Source: Geosiphon pyriformis uo1 (taxonomy: Eukaryota; Fungi; Glomeromycota). From it: a DNA stretch of 64,000 bases. The translations under genes were made by a program, and so were the position numbers. Below, piece after piece: positions 63,641 through 64,000 of this stretch. The stretch covers positions 310,001 through 374,000 of the forward strand of contig JAAOMT010000070.1 in NCBI GenBank assembly GCA_016748015.1, in the 5' to 3' direction. How positions within the stretch are numbered: position 1 is the stretch's first letter; each line of letters starts with the position of its first letter. A model generated the notes under the pieces. The model saw only the letters and a list, made by a program, of their open reading frames with translations, was not told the origin of the DNA and searched no databases.

Positions 63641-64000
63641 AGTAGATAATTTACTCTTATTATGGTTAGAAGATTGACAAGAAAGCTTTTTTATAATTAA
63701 ATTTAATAAATAATAATATTAATTCAAATTTTTTTTATTTAATAAGTATAACTCAATTACTATCCAATATATAGAAGCAAACTAAATAATTTTAACTAAA
63801 TATAACTTATGTATTTACTATATATAATCAGCTATTCAGACTAATTAAAGCAATATTACATATTTATACAAATTTTTATACTATTGTTTACACTTAAAAA
63901 TAACAAATAAGCTTTATATAAACCAAAACTAACAACAAAAAATTCAACAATACTAAGCAAACAAATAATTTTGGCTAATAAAAAATTAAATAGACTACAA

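Overview
Eukaryotic (fungal) DNA. About 95% is decayed retrotransposon sequence surrounding one intact 7-exon housekeeping gene, the DEAD-box rRNA helicase RRP3/DDX47 (16355-18365). The intron style and element types suggest a Glomeromycotina fungus, possibly Geosiphon-like; this is an unverified impression. The window holds three RNase H-bearing LINEs, five Ty3/gypsy insertions (labelled A, A', B, C, D, nested up to four deep) and three solo LTRs. Every target-site duplication (TSD) whose two copies are visible is 4 bp. All elements are heavily mutated by C>T/G>A transitions. Main discovery candidate: these Ty3/gypsy elements have a non-canonical multi-cistronic layout. ORF1 is one Gag-PR-(Cys-rich domain)-dUTPase-RT-RNaseH frame that apparently starts at GTG and stops right after RNase H. 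Integrase is a separate ORF with its own start codon after a 58-67 nt spacer (always 3n+1), in all four copies where the junction is visible, covering three families. A conserved ~210-aa helical ORF3 with no transmembrane segment sits in the env position. Second result: swapped TSDs and a LINE ORF1 whose halves lie 52 kb apart on opposite strands indicate a >=42-kb inversion carrying RRP3, produced by recombination between the inverted A and A' elements (or a mis-assembly across them). All translations and alignments were done by eye; no database searches were run.
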